From NCBI GenBank assembly GCA_037131755.1, contig JBAXQJ010000001.1, positions 16,176 to 80,175 of the forward strand: DNA of 64,000 bases. The letters are read 5' to 3'. The DNA is from a bacterium. Lineage in GTDB: Bacteria > Patescibacteriota > Minisyncoccia > Phycocordibacterales > GWA1-40-21. Each line of letters begins with the position of its first letter. The stretch's first letter is position 1. Of this stretch, positions 46,036-54,772 are shown in pieces. The position numbers and the translations under genes were made by a program. The notes under the pieces are model-generated. The model saw only the letters and a list, made by a program, of their open reading frames with translations, did no database searches and had not been told where the DNA came from.

Positions 46036-46293
46036 TTATTCTTTCGGAGAAATTTGAGCGTTGGTAAGTTTTGATTCAATCGTCTGGCGCAAGTCTTGAT
46101 ACAGATCTTGAGGCGAAACTTTATAGATTGAAGCCAAGCGAAACAGATTGACCACGTTCGGCATGGCGACTCCATTTTCCCAACGAGATAAGCGATCAGC
46201 AAAATCCAGGCCGAGTTGCCGGGCTACATCTACCTGACGCAAACCAACTTTGAGACGATATGCTTTGAGGTTGTTGTGTGTAATATTGTTCAT
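46036..46293 (-). CDS. HTH-XRE family transcriptional regulator (paralog 3 of 3)
   Basis: MNNITHNNLKAYRLKVGLRQVDVARQLGLDFADRLSRWENGVAMPNVVNLFRLASIYKVSPQDLYQDL is near-identical in the HTH region to paralog 1. The start is at the internal Met. Confidence 0.8.
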   Translation of the reverse strand: MNNITHNNLKAYRLKVGLRQVDVARQLGLDFADRLSRWENGVAMPNVVNLFRLASIYKVSPQDLYQDLRQTIESKLTNAQISPKE

Positions 46294-46564
46294 AATAATA
46301 ATTTTATGAGAAATGATAAATGGTGCAAAGGCGGGTAAACGTATCACTTGCGATACACCACTATTAGATTAGAGCAATTGGTGAAAGTCACAAAGGAGGG
46401 CAAACGTGCCGGAAGAGGCACGTTCCCATTAGGCAGCATCATCAAGCCAACCCTGTGGTTTTTCTTGAGGTGACATGTTATTATTCAAATGAGTCGAATC
46501 AGCAGACCCCTTCTTCAGGTGATCCTGAAGCGTTGAGATTATCATATCCAACATTCGAGGTGTA

Positions 46565-46616
46565 TCCCGTTGATGGGCACAAATTTTAAAACACTTTCAA
46601 CAGGAAGTGTTTTAAA
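46565..46616. promoter_or_regulatory. 52-nt palindrome GGGCACAAATTTTAAAACACTT-(8 nt)-AAGTGTTTTAAAATTTGTGCCC; second copy of the XRE-module palindrome
   Basis: The outer 16-17 nt of each arm match the 4429-4472 palindrome. The inner arms differ (GCGCCA/TGGCGC versus CACTT/AAGTG) but remain complementary. Confidence 0.5.
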
Positions 46617-46699
46617 ATTTGTGCCCGAGAGTAAACAAATGATTCTGTTGGGATATTTAAATTGATTTTTTGCGATTTTAGTGTAGTATCTTCATATAA

Positions 46700-46772
46700 G
46701 GGCGGTTAGCTCAGTTGGTAGAGCGTTTCATTTACACTGAAAGGGTCACAGGTCCGAGTCCTGTACCGCCCA
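46700..46772 (+). tRNA. tRNA-Val (anticodon TAC), 73 nt
   Basis: Acceptor GGGCGGT/ACCGCCC; D-arm AGCTCAGTTGGTAGAGC; anticodon stem TTTCA/TGAAA with loop TTTACAC; T-arm with GGTCCGAGTCC; discriminator A. Confidence 0.85.
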
Positions 46773-46773
46773 C

Positions 46774-47487
46774 ATGGAAGTTCAAATTCTCTATGAAGAT
46801 AAAAACCTTTTGGTAATCAACAAGCCAGCCGGTCTTGTCGTGCATACGGACGGTCGGACATCTGAACCGACGGTCATCGACTGGATAAAAGAAAAATACC
46901 CCAAGAATGAGAAAGTGGGGGAACCTTTGAAAATTGTCACTGGCGAGACTATTAAGCGATACGGAGTAGTACACAGAATCGATCGCGAAACCTCGGGAGT
47001 CTTGCTGATCGCTAAAAATCAGGACGCCTACGATTTCTTAAAAAAACAATTCCTAAAGCGGGATATCGAAAAGACCTACCACGCAATCGTCTATGGCGAT
47101 TTGCGTTACGACGAGGGATTGATCAATCTGCCAATCGGCCGCCACAAAAACGACTTTAGACGCTGGTCAGCTGACAAAAAAATACGCGGGGAGGCGAGAG
47201 AAGCCCTGACTTATTATAAGGTACTGGGCCGGAAAAAAGACTATACTTTGGTTGAAGCCAACCCGCAGACTGGGCGGACTCACCAGCTGAGAGTCCATTT
47301 TAGCGCTCAAGGACACCCGATTGTCGGAGACAAGCTTTATGCTCCAGGAAAGAAAACGATTGAGGGCCTGGATAGGCTGGCTCTGCACGCTTATTCCATA
47401 GAATTTGAATCACCGGACAAAAAGATCCACAAGATTATCGCGCCGTACCCGGCTGATTTCAAGGAGGCGATTGGTATTTTTAGATAG
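46774..47487 (+). CDS. RluA-family pseudouridine synthase (RluD/RluC-like; no S4 domain)
   Basis: LLVINKPAGLVVHTD..., HRIDRETSGVLLIAKN (catalytic Asp in the HRLD motif) and ...THQLRVHFSAQGHPIVGDKLY. It starts 2 nt after tRNA-Val. Confidence 0.8.
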   Translation: MEVQILYEDKNLLVINKPAGLVVHTDGRTSEPTVIDWIKEKYPKNEKVGEPLKIVTGETIKRYGVVHRIDRETSGVLLIAKNQDAYDFLKKQFLKRDIEKTYHAIVYGDLRYDEGLINLPIGRHKNDFRRWSADKKIRGEAREALTYYKVLGRKKDYTLVEANPQTGRTHQLRVHFSAQGHPIVGDKLYAPGKKTIEGLDRLALHAYSIEFESPDKKIHKIIAPYPADFKEAIGIFR

Positions 47488-47515
47488 GACTTGAGTCATC
47501 TAAAGATAGAGCGAA

Positions 47516-47605
47516 CCTTTACTACTTTAGAGACTAGCGAGCGCGACGGCGCGAACTCGAGGAATTTTCTAGCAAGAAAATATCCGTGCTCTAAAGTAGT
47601 AAAGG
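47516..47605 (+). ncRNA. Unclassified structured-RNA-like element, copy 2 (same 66-nt core as 40815-40902 with one G>A change; different but self-complementary outer stem)
   Basis: Outer stem CCTTTACTACTTTAGAG / CTCTAAAGTAGTAAAGG. Intergenic between the rluA-family gene and rplS. Confidence 0.45.
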
Positions 47606-47670
47606 TGAGAGCTCGATTTGCCAAAAAAGGAGAGTTGTGCTAGATTAACTCGCATAATTGATTAAATAAT

Positions 47671-48066
47671 ATGAAGATTTCAACCGTAAACATCGAAGAG
47701 AGAAAGAACCTGGATTTGCGATCAAACGATACGATAAAGGTTCACCAGAAAATCAAGGAAGGCGATAAAACCAGAACCCAGGTTTTTGAAGGTTTGGTTA
47801 TTGCTGTAAAGCATGGCAAGGAAGCGGGAGGTACTTTTACCGTTCGAAAGGTTGTCGATGGCGTCGGGGTGGAAAGAATTTTCCCTCTTTATGCTCCATC
47901 TATCGAGAAAATTGAAATCGTGAGAAGAGCTCAGGCTCGACGGGCGAAATTGTATTACATCCGAGACAAAGCGGCCAAGGAAATCCGAAAGAAAATGCGA
48001 AAGATGATCTCGATCAAGAGTCCAGAGAAAGTCGAAGAAGCAAAAACCGAAGAGGTCAAAGCTTAA
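47671..48066 (+). CDS. rplS: 50S ribosomal protein L19
   Basis: [63 protein letters not shown] is typical bL19. Confidence 0.9.
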   Translation: MKISTVNIEERKNLDLRSNDTIKVHQKIKEGDKTRTQVFEGLVIAVKHGKEAGGTFTVRKVVDGVGVERIFPLYAPSIEKIEIVRRAQARRAKLYYIRDKAAKEIRKKMRKMISIKSPEKVEEAKTEEVKA

Positions 48067-48077
48067 ATAAAAATTAA

Positions 48078-48120
48078 ATCAGCCGGGTTTCGCGAAGCGA
48101 AACCCGGCTGATTGTTTATT
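48078..48120 (+). terminator. Rho-independent terminator after rplS
   Basis: TCAGCCGGGTTTCGCGAAGCGAAACCCGGCTGATTGTTTATTT: 14-bp stem plus T-rich tail. Confidence 0.8.
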
Positions 48121-48162
48121 TGATTGAATTATTTGTCTTTTTAAGCTATATTCTATGCTAAT

Positions 48163-48246
48163 GCACGGGTGGCGAAATTGGTAGACGCACTACCTTGAGG
48201 TGGTAGCGCCCGCAAGGGCATGGGAGTTCAAATCTCCCCTCGTGCA
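48163..48246 (+). tRNA. tRNA-Leu (anticodon GAG), 84 nt, long variable arm
   Basis: Acceptor GCACGGG/CTCGTGC (one G.U); D-arm GCG-AAATTGGTAGA-CGC; anticodon stem CTACC/GGTAG with loop TTGAGGT; variable arm CGCCCGCAAGGGCAT; T-arm GGGAG-TTCAAAT-CTCCC; discriminator A. Confidence 0.85.
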
Positions 48247-48379
48247 CAGACAAAAATAAGTCCGATGCGAATACCTGAAGCATCGGGCTATTTTTGACGC
48301 ACAAAGGGAGACTTGAAAGCCGGAGTGCGACGGCACGAGGCGGGGTCGCGAGTTTTGTCAGTAGACAAAAACCGGTGAC

Positions 48380-48401
48380 CAAATCTCCCTTCGTGCACAA
48401 G
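48380..48401 (+). repeat. Direct repeat of the tRNA-Leu 3' end (CCAAATCTCCCTTCGTGCACA versus tRNA TCAAATCTCCCCTCGTGCACA), about 135 nt downstream of the tRNA
   Basis: Seen by eye. It has the look of an att-site remnant from an integration/excision event at the tRNA 3' end. Confidence 0.5.
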
Positions 48402-48412
48402 TGAGGATAAAG

Positions 48413-49141
48413 TTACTTAAAATTTAAATCAGACCTAAAGCCAAGTTCCGATCTGTCAAACTTGGTCGGTCGGTCAAGTCGACCCCAATAGGCAAACTGG
48501 CTTTTTCTCTGAAAGAAATTTTTCATCGGGTGAGAATGTCTCAGACTAAAACCGGGATCTAGTATTATTTTGTACCCGCTATTTATTGCCCAGGCTGCCC
48601 ATTCGCCATCTTCACCACCCATCTCATACCTTTCATCGAAAGGATGTTTTTCCCAAAGAGATTTCCTGAGGGCGCAATTGGTAGCGCTCATGATGCCTTT
48701 TGTATTGGAAACCAATCTTTTCCCAAATATTAATCCCTTTAAATACCAAAAGGAGTAAGTAATAAATTCAACTAAATGAGCTCCATTTCTTGGTAATTGA
48801 GTACCGTAAAAACCAGCAACATTTTTATCTTGAAAATTTTCTACCACTTTTTGTAGCCACTTGTCTGATACAGGTAGGGCATGGCCGACAGTCAGGACGA
48901 CATATTCGCCAGTGGTATTTTTGACCCCGAGGTTCATCGATTTCGGATACGAAAACTCGTTTCTTGGCAGGGTGATCACTTTGGCGCCAAAGTCCAGGGC
49001 CAACTCTTTTGTCCCGTCGGTCGATTCATTGTCTACCACGATAATTTCAAAAGGCTCGGAGCATTTTTGGCTACGAAGGGAGATCAGGAGCTTTTCTAGA
49101 CTAGCTCTTTCGTTTATTGTTCTTATCACAACCGATATCAT
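48413..49141 (-). CDS. Family 2 glycosyltransferase
   Basis: MISVVIRTINERASLEKLLISLRSQ...FEIIVVDNESTDGT...PKSMNLGVKNTTGEYVVL has the GT2 DXD/Rossmann signature. The start is taken at the internal Met (the 279-aa track ORF has an implausible N-terminus). Confidence 0.75.
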   Translation of the reverse strand: MISVVIRTINERASLEKLLISLRSQKCSEPFEIIVVDNESTDGTKELALDFGAKVITLPRNEFSYPKSMNLGVKNTTGEYVVLTVGHALPVSDKWLQKVVENFQDKNVAGFYGTQLPRNGAHLVEFITYSFWYLKGLIFGKRLVSNTKGIMSATNCALRKSLWEKHPFDERYEMGGEDGEWAAWAINSGYKIILDPGFSLRHSHPMKNFFQRKSQFAYWGRLDRPTKFDRSELGFRSDLNFK

Positions 49142-49188
49142 CCCCAAACTATATACTATCTCTAAAATACTGTATACTATTTTGTATG

Positions 49189-49746
49189 TTATACACCGGA
49201 AAAGGGGATGATGGTCAAACGACTTTGTTCCATTGCGAACAAAGGTTTTCAAAAAGCTCGATTGTGGCCGAAGCCCTCGGTTCTTTGGATGAACTCAACT
49301 CTTTTTTGGGTGTCGTAAAAGCAAAATTGGCCGAAAGAAATATTACTTTATATTCCGTGGGGCCGGAAAGAGCGGCTGATATCATACAGGAGATGCAGGA
49401 GAATTTATTTATCATCCAGGCGGAGGTGGCCGGAGTGGAAAAAACAGTTAGTGAAGAAAAAATAAAGGAAGTGGAGGACCTGATTGCCGGTATTGGAAAA
49501 GAAATTCCACCAATTAACTCTTTTGTTATCCCAGGAGTATCCATTGAATCGGCGGAAATAGATTTTGCTCGGACCTTGGCCCGTAAGGTGGAGAGGAGAG
49601 TGGTCGCTGTAAATACCGAGGGCTTTATTAAAGTTTCAGCCAACACCTTGGCTTATTTGAATCGTCTTTCGAGCTTACTATTTGCTCTGGCTAGACTTTC
49701 TGCCCATAAAAGTGGCATTCAAGAAAATAGTCCAAGTTATAAGTAG
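49189..49746 (+). CDS. ATP:cob(I)alamin adenosyltransferase, PduO/MMAB type
   Basis: MLYTGKGDDGQTTLF (the TGxGDxGxTSL motif) and helical-bundle conservation. The start is at the internal Met of the 209-aa ORF. Confidence 0.7.
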   Translation, partial: LYTGKGDDGQTTLFHCEQRFSKSSIVAEALGSLDELNSFLGVVKAKLAERNITLYSVGPERAADIIQEMQENLFIIQAEVAGVEKTVSEEKIKEVEDLIAGIGKEIPPINSFVIPGVSIESAEIDFARTLARKVERRVVAVNTEGFIKVSANTLAYLNRLSSLLFALARLSAHKSGIQENSPSYK

Positions 49747-49812
49747 GTACTATTTTAATTATCCACAGAATTGAGTATTTACATTACTTCCTCTTTTCCA
49801 TATAATTAGGGT

Positions 49813-50286
49813 ATGGAAGATATTATTTGTGAAATATGCGGTAAAAAGTCTAAGAGAAAAAGATCCCAAATAAAATTGGCGGCTAAGCATTATTGTTCTC
49901 GGTTTTGCTCAGAGAAAGGGCGGAAGAAAGGGAAAATAATTGAATGCTGTGTCTGTAAAAAACTTGTCTATAAAAAGTTAAAAGATTTAAACTTATCAAA
50001 AAGTGGCAAGTATTTTTGCAGCCATGTTTGCTGTAATATTTGGGTTGGTGAACAACAGAGAGCAGAAAATCATCCAAATTGGGCTAGTGGCAAGGCTTCG
50101 TATAAAAAACTCCTAATTCGGACAGATTCATTAAAAGAATGTGTTTTATGCAAGAAAAATGATATCAGGATACTCTGCGTCCACCATTTAGATAAGAATA
50201 GGGAGAATAATAAGATAAAAAATCTGATCTGGTTATGCCGGAACTGTCATTTTTTGGTTCATAATTATAAAAAAGAAATAAAATGA
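49813..50286 (+). CDS. HNH endonuclease with N-terminal Cys-rich region (paralog 2 of 3)
   Basis: LCVHHLDKNRENNKIKNLIWLCRNCHFLVHN, with N-terminal CEICGK, HYCSRFC, CCVCKK and KSGKYFCSHVCC. Confidence 0.75.
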   Translation: MEDIICEICGKKSKRKRSQIKLAAKHYCSRFCSEKGRKKGKIIECCVCKKLVYKKLKDLNLSKSGKYFCSHVCCNIWVGEQQRAENHPNWASGKASYKKLLIRTDSLKECVLCKKNDIRILCVHHLDKNRENNKIKNLIWLCRNCHFLVHNYKKEIK

Positions 50287-50789
50287 TCGTTTTTTGTAAA
50301 ATCTGCAGAACTAAATTTTCCCCCAGGCCGTCACACGTTAAAAAAGGATGGGGGATCTATTGCTCTAGGGATTGTAAGAATATTGGAACTCAGGTCAGGC
50401 AATGTGTTTTTTGTTTTATTTGTAAGAAGAAGTTATTAAAGACAGCTACACAAATTAATCATTCAAAAAGTGGCAAGTATTTTTGCAGTAAATCCTGTCA
50501 GACTAAATGGAGAAATACTGAATACATTGGCTCTAAACACACTAACTATAAGAACGGCAGCACCACTTATCGGGGTATACTAAAAAGATGCGGAATACCT
50601 GAAATCTGCGATCTTTGTGGTGAAAAGGATGCTAGAGTCTTGGTTATCCATCATGTCGACGAGAATCATAAAAATAATTGTGCCAGTAACTTAGCCTGGC
50701 TTTGTCATAATTGCCATTCACTGGTACATTATGCTAATGTAGAGAAGCAGAGGTTTCTTGCTAAGTACAATAAGAGACTCGGCAAATAA
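50283..50789 (+). CDS. HNH endonuclease with N-terminal Cys-rich region (paralog 3 of 3); start overlaps the previous stop by 4 nt
   Basis: LVIHHVDENHKNNCASNLAWLCHNCHSLVH, with N-terminal CKICRT, CVFCFICKK and KSGKYFCSKSC. Confidence 0.75.
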   Translation: MIVFCKICRTKFSPRPSHVKKGWGIYCSRDCKNIGTQVRQCVFCFICKKKLLKTATQINHSKSGKYFCSKSCQTKWRNTEYIGSKHTNYKNGSTTYRGILKRCGIPEICDLCGEKDARVLVIHHVDENHKNNCASNLAWLCHNCHSLVHYANVEKQRFLAKYNKRLGK

Positions 50790-50858
50790 ATGGTGGTTAT
50801 GGTGTAATAGCAGCACAAGGGTTTGTGGAACCCTTAGATCCGGAGCATAACCGGATAG

Positions 50859-50909
50859 CCACCCCAAATTGAAAAAACGGCGTTATGCCGTTTTTTCAAT
50901 TTGGGGTGG
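50859..50909. terminator. 51-nt near-perfect palindrome (23-bp arms) containing a canonical intrinsic-terminator core (AAAAAACGGC-GTTAT-GCCGTTTTTT), followed by a second 8-bp hairpin at 50913-50938
   Basis: CCACCCCAAATTGAAAAAACGGCGTTATGCCGTTTTTTCAATTTGGGGTGG lies immediately after the tandem HNH genes. Confidence 0.55.
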
Positions 50910-51302
50910 CTAAACGAGTGCTATTAAGCACTCGTGTTCGGGAGTTGAAGACCTTGAGTATATCGCATGGAGCGCAGCGAGTACGATACGAAAGGTGTAC
51001 TGTTCCTGTAAGGAAAAACTGCCCGATAGTCAGGATCTGGAGGTTTGGATTGTCTTTGTATCATAATGTAGACAACCATGATATAATGCTAGTACTATAT
51101 TCTGTCATCTATTTTGTGAGATTACATATATTTTAGGTCGAACCAATTTACCAAAAATAAATAAAGATAAAACCATAAATTAATTTACTACATACCCAAA
51201 GCGACAACCTATATCTTAGAGGCCTTAGAAGCTCAGACATATCTTGTCTGAGTACTTTTTATTAAAATAAATAATAAATACTAAAATGAAAAAATAAGTA
51301 TA

Positions 51303-52919
51303 TTGAGTTCACTCATCTCCTTTTTCATCCTAGGCTTAATCGGTCCAGTCGCCACATTTGCCGCTGGCCCAGCAACAGTTAATCTGTTATCAGCAGGTAA
51401 TTATGTAATTTTGGCAAAAACAGCAATCACAACAACTCCCGGAGTTGTGGACACCTCAATTATCGGTGATCTCGGAATCAGTCCGGCCGGAGCTGTCTCT
51501 ATGACTGGATTCGGACAAACCCTAGATGCTTCAAACACATTCTCGACATCAGCCTTAGTGACAGGAAAGATCTACGCGTCTAATTATACTGCTCCGACTC
51601 CAGCTACATTAACTACTGCCGTAAGTGCTATGGAAGCGGCTTATACAGATGCTGCCACACGAACACCTGGAACCGGCGCTACTAACCTTAACGTTGGTGC
51701 CGGAACTTTAAGTGGACAAAATTTTGCACCAGGAACTTATACTTGGAACGGACCAACCAGTAATGTGACCATAACAGGGGATATTACTCTCACTGGTTCA
51801 GCCTCAGATATTTGGATTTTCCAAATAGCTGGGACCTTGGATATTGCTTCGGGTAAGAAAATCATATTGGCCGGTGGTGCTCAGCCCCAGAACGTTTTCT
51901 GGCAGGTCGCTGGTGCAGTAACCCTTGTTACCGGCTCGCAATTTCAAGGAATTATATTGGCCCAGACAAACATTGCGATGCAAGATGGTGCTACTTTAAA
52001 TGGTAGAGCTTTGGCCCAGACCGCGGTCACTCTTATTGGAAACACTATTTTGATTTCCAATCCGGTTGTCGTGGCTCCGATTGTTAGCCACAGACTATCA
52101 ACACCAAGGCCAATCCCAGTCGTACCAATAATTGGTTTGTTAAAAATTCCTACCCCAACTTCTTTGCCGGCGGGACCAGGGAAAGTCACTTATAACTATT
52201 CGGTTTGGAATGTCGCAAAATTACAGCAATTAATTGACATTACCGTCGTCGATGATAAATGTAGCCCCGTAGTTTTGATTTCTGGAGACTTGAACAATAA
52301 TAGTAGAATTGATTTGGATGAAACTTGGAAATACAGCTGTTCGGCTACACTCGCTAGTACCACCACAAATACGGCTATCGCCACCGCCCATAGTACTGAT
52401 GGCTATTACAATACCGCCATCGCTACGGCCATTACTACTGTTGTTGTTGGTTCACCGATACAACCACCAATTATCCACGTTGTAAAAGTGCCTAGCCAAT
52501 TAACCCCATTACCATTTGGAGGCGGTGACATCACGTATTCATACACCGTAACAAATCCAGGACCTGTTGCAATGAAAAATGTTAATATTACAGATGACAA
52601 ATGCCCTAATGTTGTCGCTGTTTCTATTGACCAGAACAGCAATGGTTTACTTGATACAAACGAAACTTGGACATATACCTGCAGGACGAATGTTAAGGCC
52701 TCAACCGGCAGTGTTGTCACGGCTAAAGGTGATGCAAGCGGTCTAACCGCCGTAGCTTATGCCTTCACCAATGTTCTTGTCGCGTCTCCTAGTCTTCCCA
52801 ACACAGCTTTTGGACCTGACGGCCCGACCATTTCTTGGTTGGACATCATCCTTGCCCTTGGAGTGGTAATACTTTCTGTCCGTCTTGGTATGGTTATGAA
52901 GAAGGCAAAAATAAAATAA
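51303..52919 (+). CDS. Cell-surface protein: N-terminal DUF3494 (ice-binding-protein-like beta-solenoid) domain, two DUF11-like repeat domains, and a C-terminal LPNTA sortase sorting signal
   Basis: N-terminal signal, then NLLSAGNYVILAKTAITTTPGVVDTSIIGDLGISPAGAVSMTGF (DUF3494 signature). Repeats ...TYNYSVWNV...VVDDKCSPVV...DETWKYSC and ...ITYSYTVTNPGP...ITDDKCPNVV...NETWTYTC. C-terminal LPNTA plus a hydrophobic stretch plus KKAKIK. A TTG start is implied by the track. Confidence 0.6.
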   Translation: MSSLISFFILGLIGPVATFAAGPATVNLLSAGNYVILAKTAITTTPGVVDTSIIGDLGISPAGAVSMTGFGQTLDASNTFSTSALVTGKIYASNYTAPTPATLTTAVSAMEAAYTDAATRTPGTGATNLNVGAGTLSGQNFAPGTYTWNGPTSNVTITGDITLTGSASDIWIFQIAGTLDIASGKKIILAGGAQPQNVFWQVAGAVTLVTGSQFQGIILAQTNIAMQDGATLNGRALAQTAVTLIGNTILISNPVVVAPIVSHRLSTPRPIPVVPIIGLLKIPTPTSLPAGPGKVTYNYSVWNVAKLQQLIDITVVDDKCSPVVLISGDLNNNSRIDLDETWKYSCSATLASTTTNTAIATAHSTDGYYNTAIATAITTVVVGSPIQPPIIHVVKVPSQLTPLPFGGGDITYSYTVTNPGPVAMKNVNITDDKCPNVVAVSIDQNSNGLLDTNETWTYTCRTNVKASTGSVVTAKGDASGLTAVAYAFTNVLVASPSLPNTAFGPDGPTISWLDIILALGVVILSVRLGMVMKKAKIK

Positions 52920-52963
52920 AAATTTGGCATTGATTTTAGCTTCCCAGGTCTAAGTATTAAAAA

Positions 52964-53620
52964 ATGCGAGTAAAAATAATACCCAAAAGTTCTCTATATA
53001 TTATTGGTGTTTTGGTAATTATATTATTTGTAGTGATTACCTTTTTCCTGATACTAGTTATCTCAAATCCAATCCCAAATCTTGAACCAATACCCATTCC
53101 ACCTGTCGTTAGTCAAGCTTTGCCAAATTTGATTGATGTTAAAACTCAAGGGAATGTCTCTTCTGGCCAATCAGAATCAAATCTTCCTATTCGTTTACAA
53201 ATTCCAACTATCAAAGTCAATGCTGCAGTTGAGTCTTTGGGTGTTACACCCGAAGGAGCGATGGATGTGCCGAAAGGGCCAGATGACGTGGCCTGGTTTG
53301 ATCTCGGCCCGCGTCCAGGAGAAAAAGGTAGCGCTGTTATCGCCGGACATTATGGTTGGAAAAATAATATCCCCGCCGTATTTGATCGGTTATCTGAATT
53401 AAAAATCGGCGATAAAATATACACGATCGATGGTGCGGGAACGACAACTACTTTTGTGGTTAGCGAAATAGGAATATATGATCAAAATGGGGATGCTACA
53501 AATGTCTTTAGCTCAAATGACGGAAAAGCCCACCTGAATCTTATTACTTGTGAAGGGGTTTGGGATGTGGCCTCAAAAAGTCGCCCAAATCGACTGGTGA
53601 TATTTACTAACCGAGAATAA
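52964..53620 (+). CDS. srt: Sortase (class E/F-like transpeptidase)
   Basis: N-terminal TM, then AVIAGHYGW (His), LNLITCEGVW (the catalytic Cys in the TLxTC motif) and an Arg in NRLVIF. It lies immediately downstream of an LPNTA substrate. Confidence 0.8.
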   Translation: MRVKIIPKSSLYIIGVLVIILFVVITFFLILVISNPIPNLEPIPIPPVVSQALPNLIDVKTQGNVSSGQSESNLPIRLQIPTIKVNAAVESLGVTPEGAMDVPKGPDDVAWFDLGPRPGEKGSAVIAGHYGWKNNIPAVFDRLSELKIGDKIYTIDGAGTTTTFVVSEIGIYDQNGDATNVFSSNDGKAHLNLITCEGVWDVASKSRPNRLVIFTNRE

Positions 53621-53666
53621 ATTTGCTATCTACGCTTTATGCTATATAGCTCAAAAAAATAATATT

Positions 53667-53972
53667 ATGAAAAATAAAAAAATGGTTAAGAAAATGAAAG
53701 TAATTGCGAGTGGCGTAATGAAAAAGACCGGGGTCTTTGTCAAAAAAGCGGAAAAACAATCGGGCAAGATGGTGAAGGCATTAAAAAAAGAATGGAAAAG
53801 AGAGCGGCCACAGCGAGAAGAATATAAAAAGAAAATAGGAAAAGTTGTAAATAAGGCAAGAGTAAGAGGTATGGAGTTGCTCAAAGAGGGAGTAAAGAAT
53901 AGTATTAAAATAGGTGGAGATGTCGCCCACACCATTAAGAAAGACATAAAAGAAATTCGCGCTAATAAATAA
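53667..53972 (+). CDS. Hypothetical highly basic Lys-rich small protein
   Basis: 101 aa of K-rich low-complexity sequence. The opposite-strand ORF 53651-54082 is hydrophobic low-complexity and judged less likely. Confidence 0.3.
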   Translation: MKNKKMVKKMKVIASGVMKKTGVFVKKAEKQSGKMVKALKKEWKRERPQREEYKKKIGKVVNKARVRGMELLKEGVKNSIKIGGDVAHTIKKDIKEIRANK

Positions 53973-54264
53973 GACTTATTGTAACCAATAAGGCTACGAT
54001 AGTACCAATAGGAAAGCCTACGGATAAGTCCGTGCATTTCATTTTGATCTGCGCGGGCTTTTATTTTCCCTTTATGAACCAAGCTATAACGATCTGGTAG
54101 ATTGCTTTTATTGGCATAAATGTACCCCTTTACTGCTGGAAACTCGATTGATAGCTTTTTTGAAGCGATTAGTCGAGTCGCACTAACATGATTAATTTAA
54201 AAAAACGCATATGACATAAATAGGGAGTATTATCGGGTCGGAGGATTAGAGTTTAATAGAAGTA

Positions 54265-54474
54265 GTGGCTAACAAAAGACAAATGGAAAAATATAAAAAC
54301 AAGAAACACCTGCTTAGATTAAGAGATAGGTATCTGGATATCTTTGAATATAGGAATGGTGTTTATAACAACTGTCGACACACGCAAAAAGAAACTGGTA
54401 AGAAATTTGGAATTAGCGGGACTCGAGTTGGGCAGCTTGAAGCAAGAGTGCGATACGAGTTAGACCAAGTCTGA
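54265..54474 (+). CDS. Small putative DNA-binding protein (sigma-70 region-4-like HTH)
   Basis: 69 aa, ...ETGKKFGISGTRVGQLEARVRYEL resembles the region-4 HTH. Followed by a hairpin terminator at 54494-54522. Confidence 0.35.
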   Translation: MANKRQMEKYKNKKHLLRLRDRYLDIFEYRNGVYNNCRHTQKETGKKFGISGTRVGQLEARVRYELDQV

Positions 54475-54772
54475 TAGACAAATGAGGCCATATAAAAACC
54501 TGTGCATAACGCACAGGTTTTTGTGTTTACTGACTTTTGTAGCTAATTTTACTTATTTGTAAAAGTTTGCCAAATCTCCAGCCCTGAATGTCACTAGAAG
54601 TGCCTATTGTCCGCTAACTTTGACACCAGATAAGATTTAATATATGTTTTATCCAGAATAGATGCCTGACTATTTAGGATTGCATAACAGGAAACTGTAT
54701 TCATGCGGCCGGAAACCGCCTGAATGCCCGGAAGGCTGTGTGTTCAAGTAAAGGCAAAAGGAGTACGTTGAA

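Noticed and set aside
45300-46520. GGATCACCT(A/G)AAGAAGG in both XRE leaders resembles the 16S rRNA 3' end (anti-SD).
   Set aside because: It is a short match inside a region better explained as the conserved small ORF. No rRNA-like context.
48158-48400. 80-aa minus-strand ORF.
   Set aside because: It overlaps tRNA-Leu(GAG) and the tRNA 3'-end repeat.
53651-54082. 143-aa minus-strand hydrophobic ORF.
   Set aside because: Its low-complexity F/L/I-rich translation comes from an A/T-rich sequence. The opposite-strand basic ORF is listed instead at low confidence; either could be spurious.
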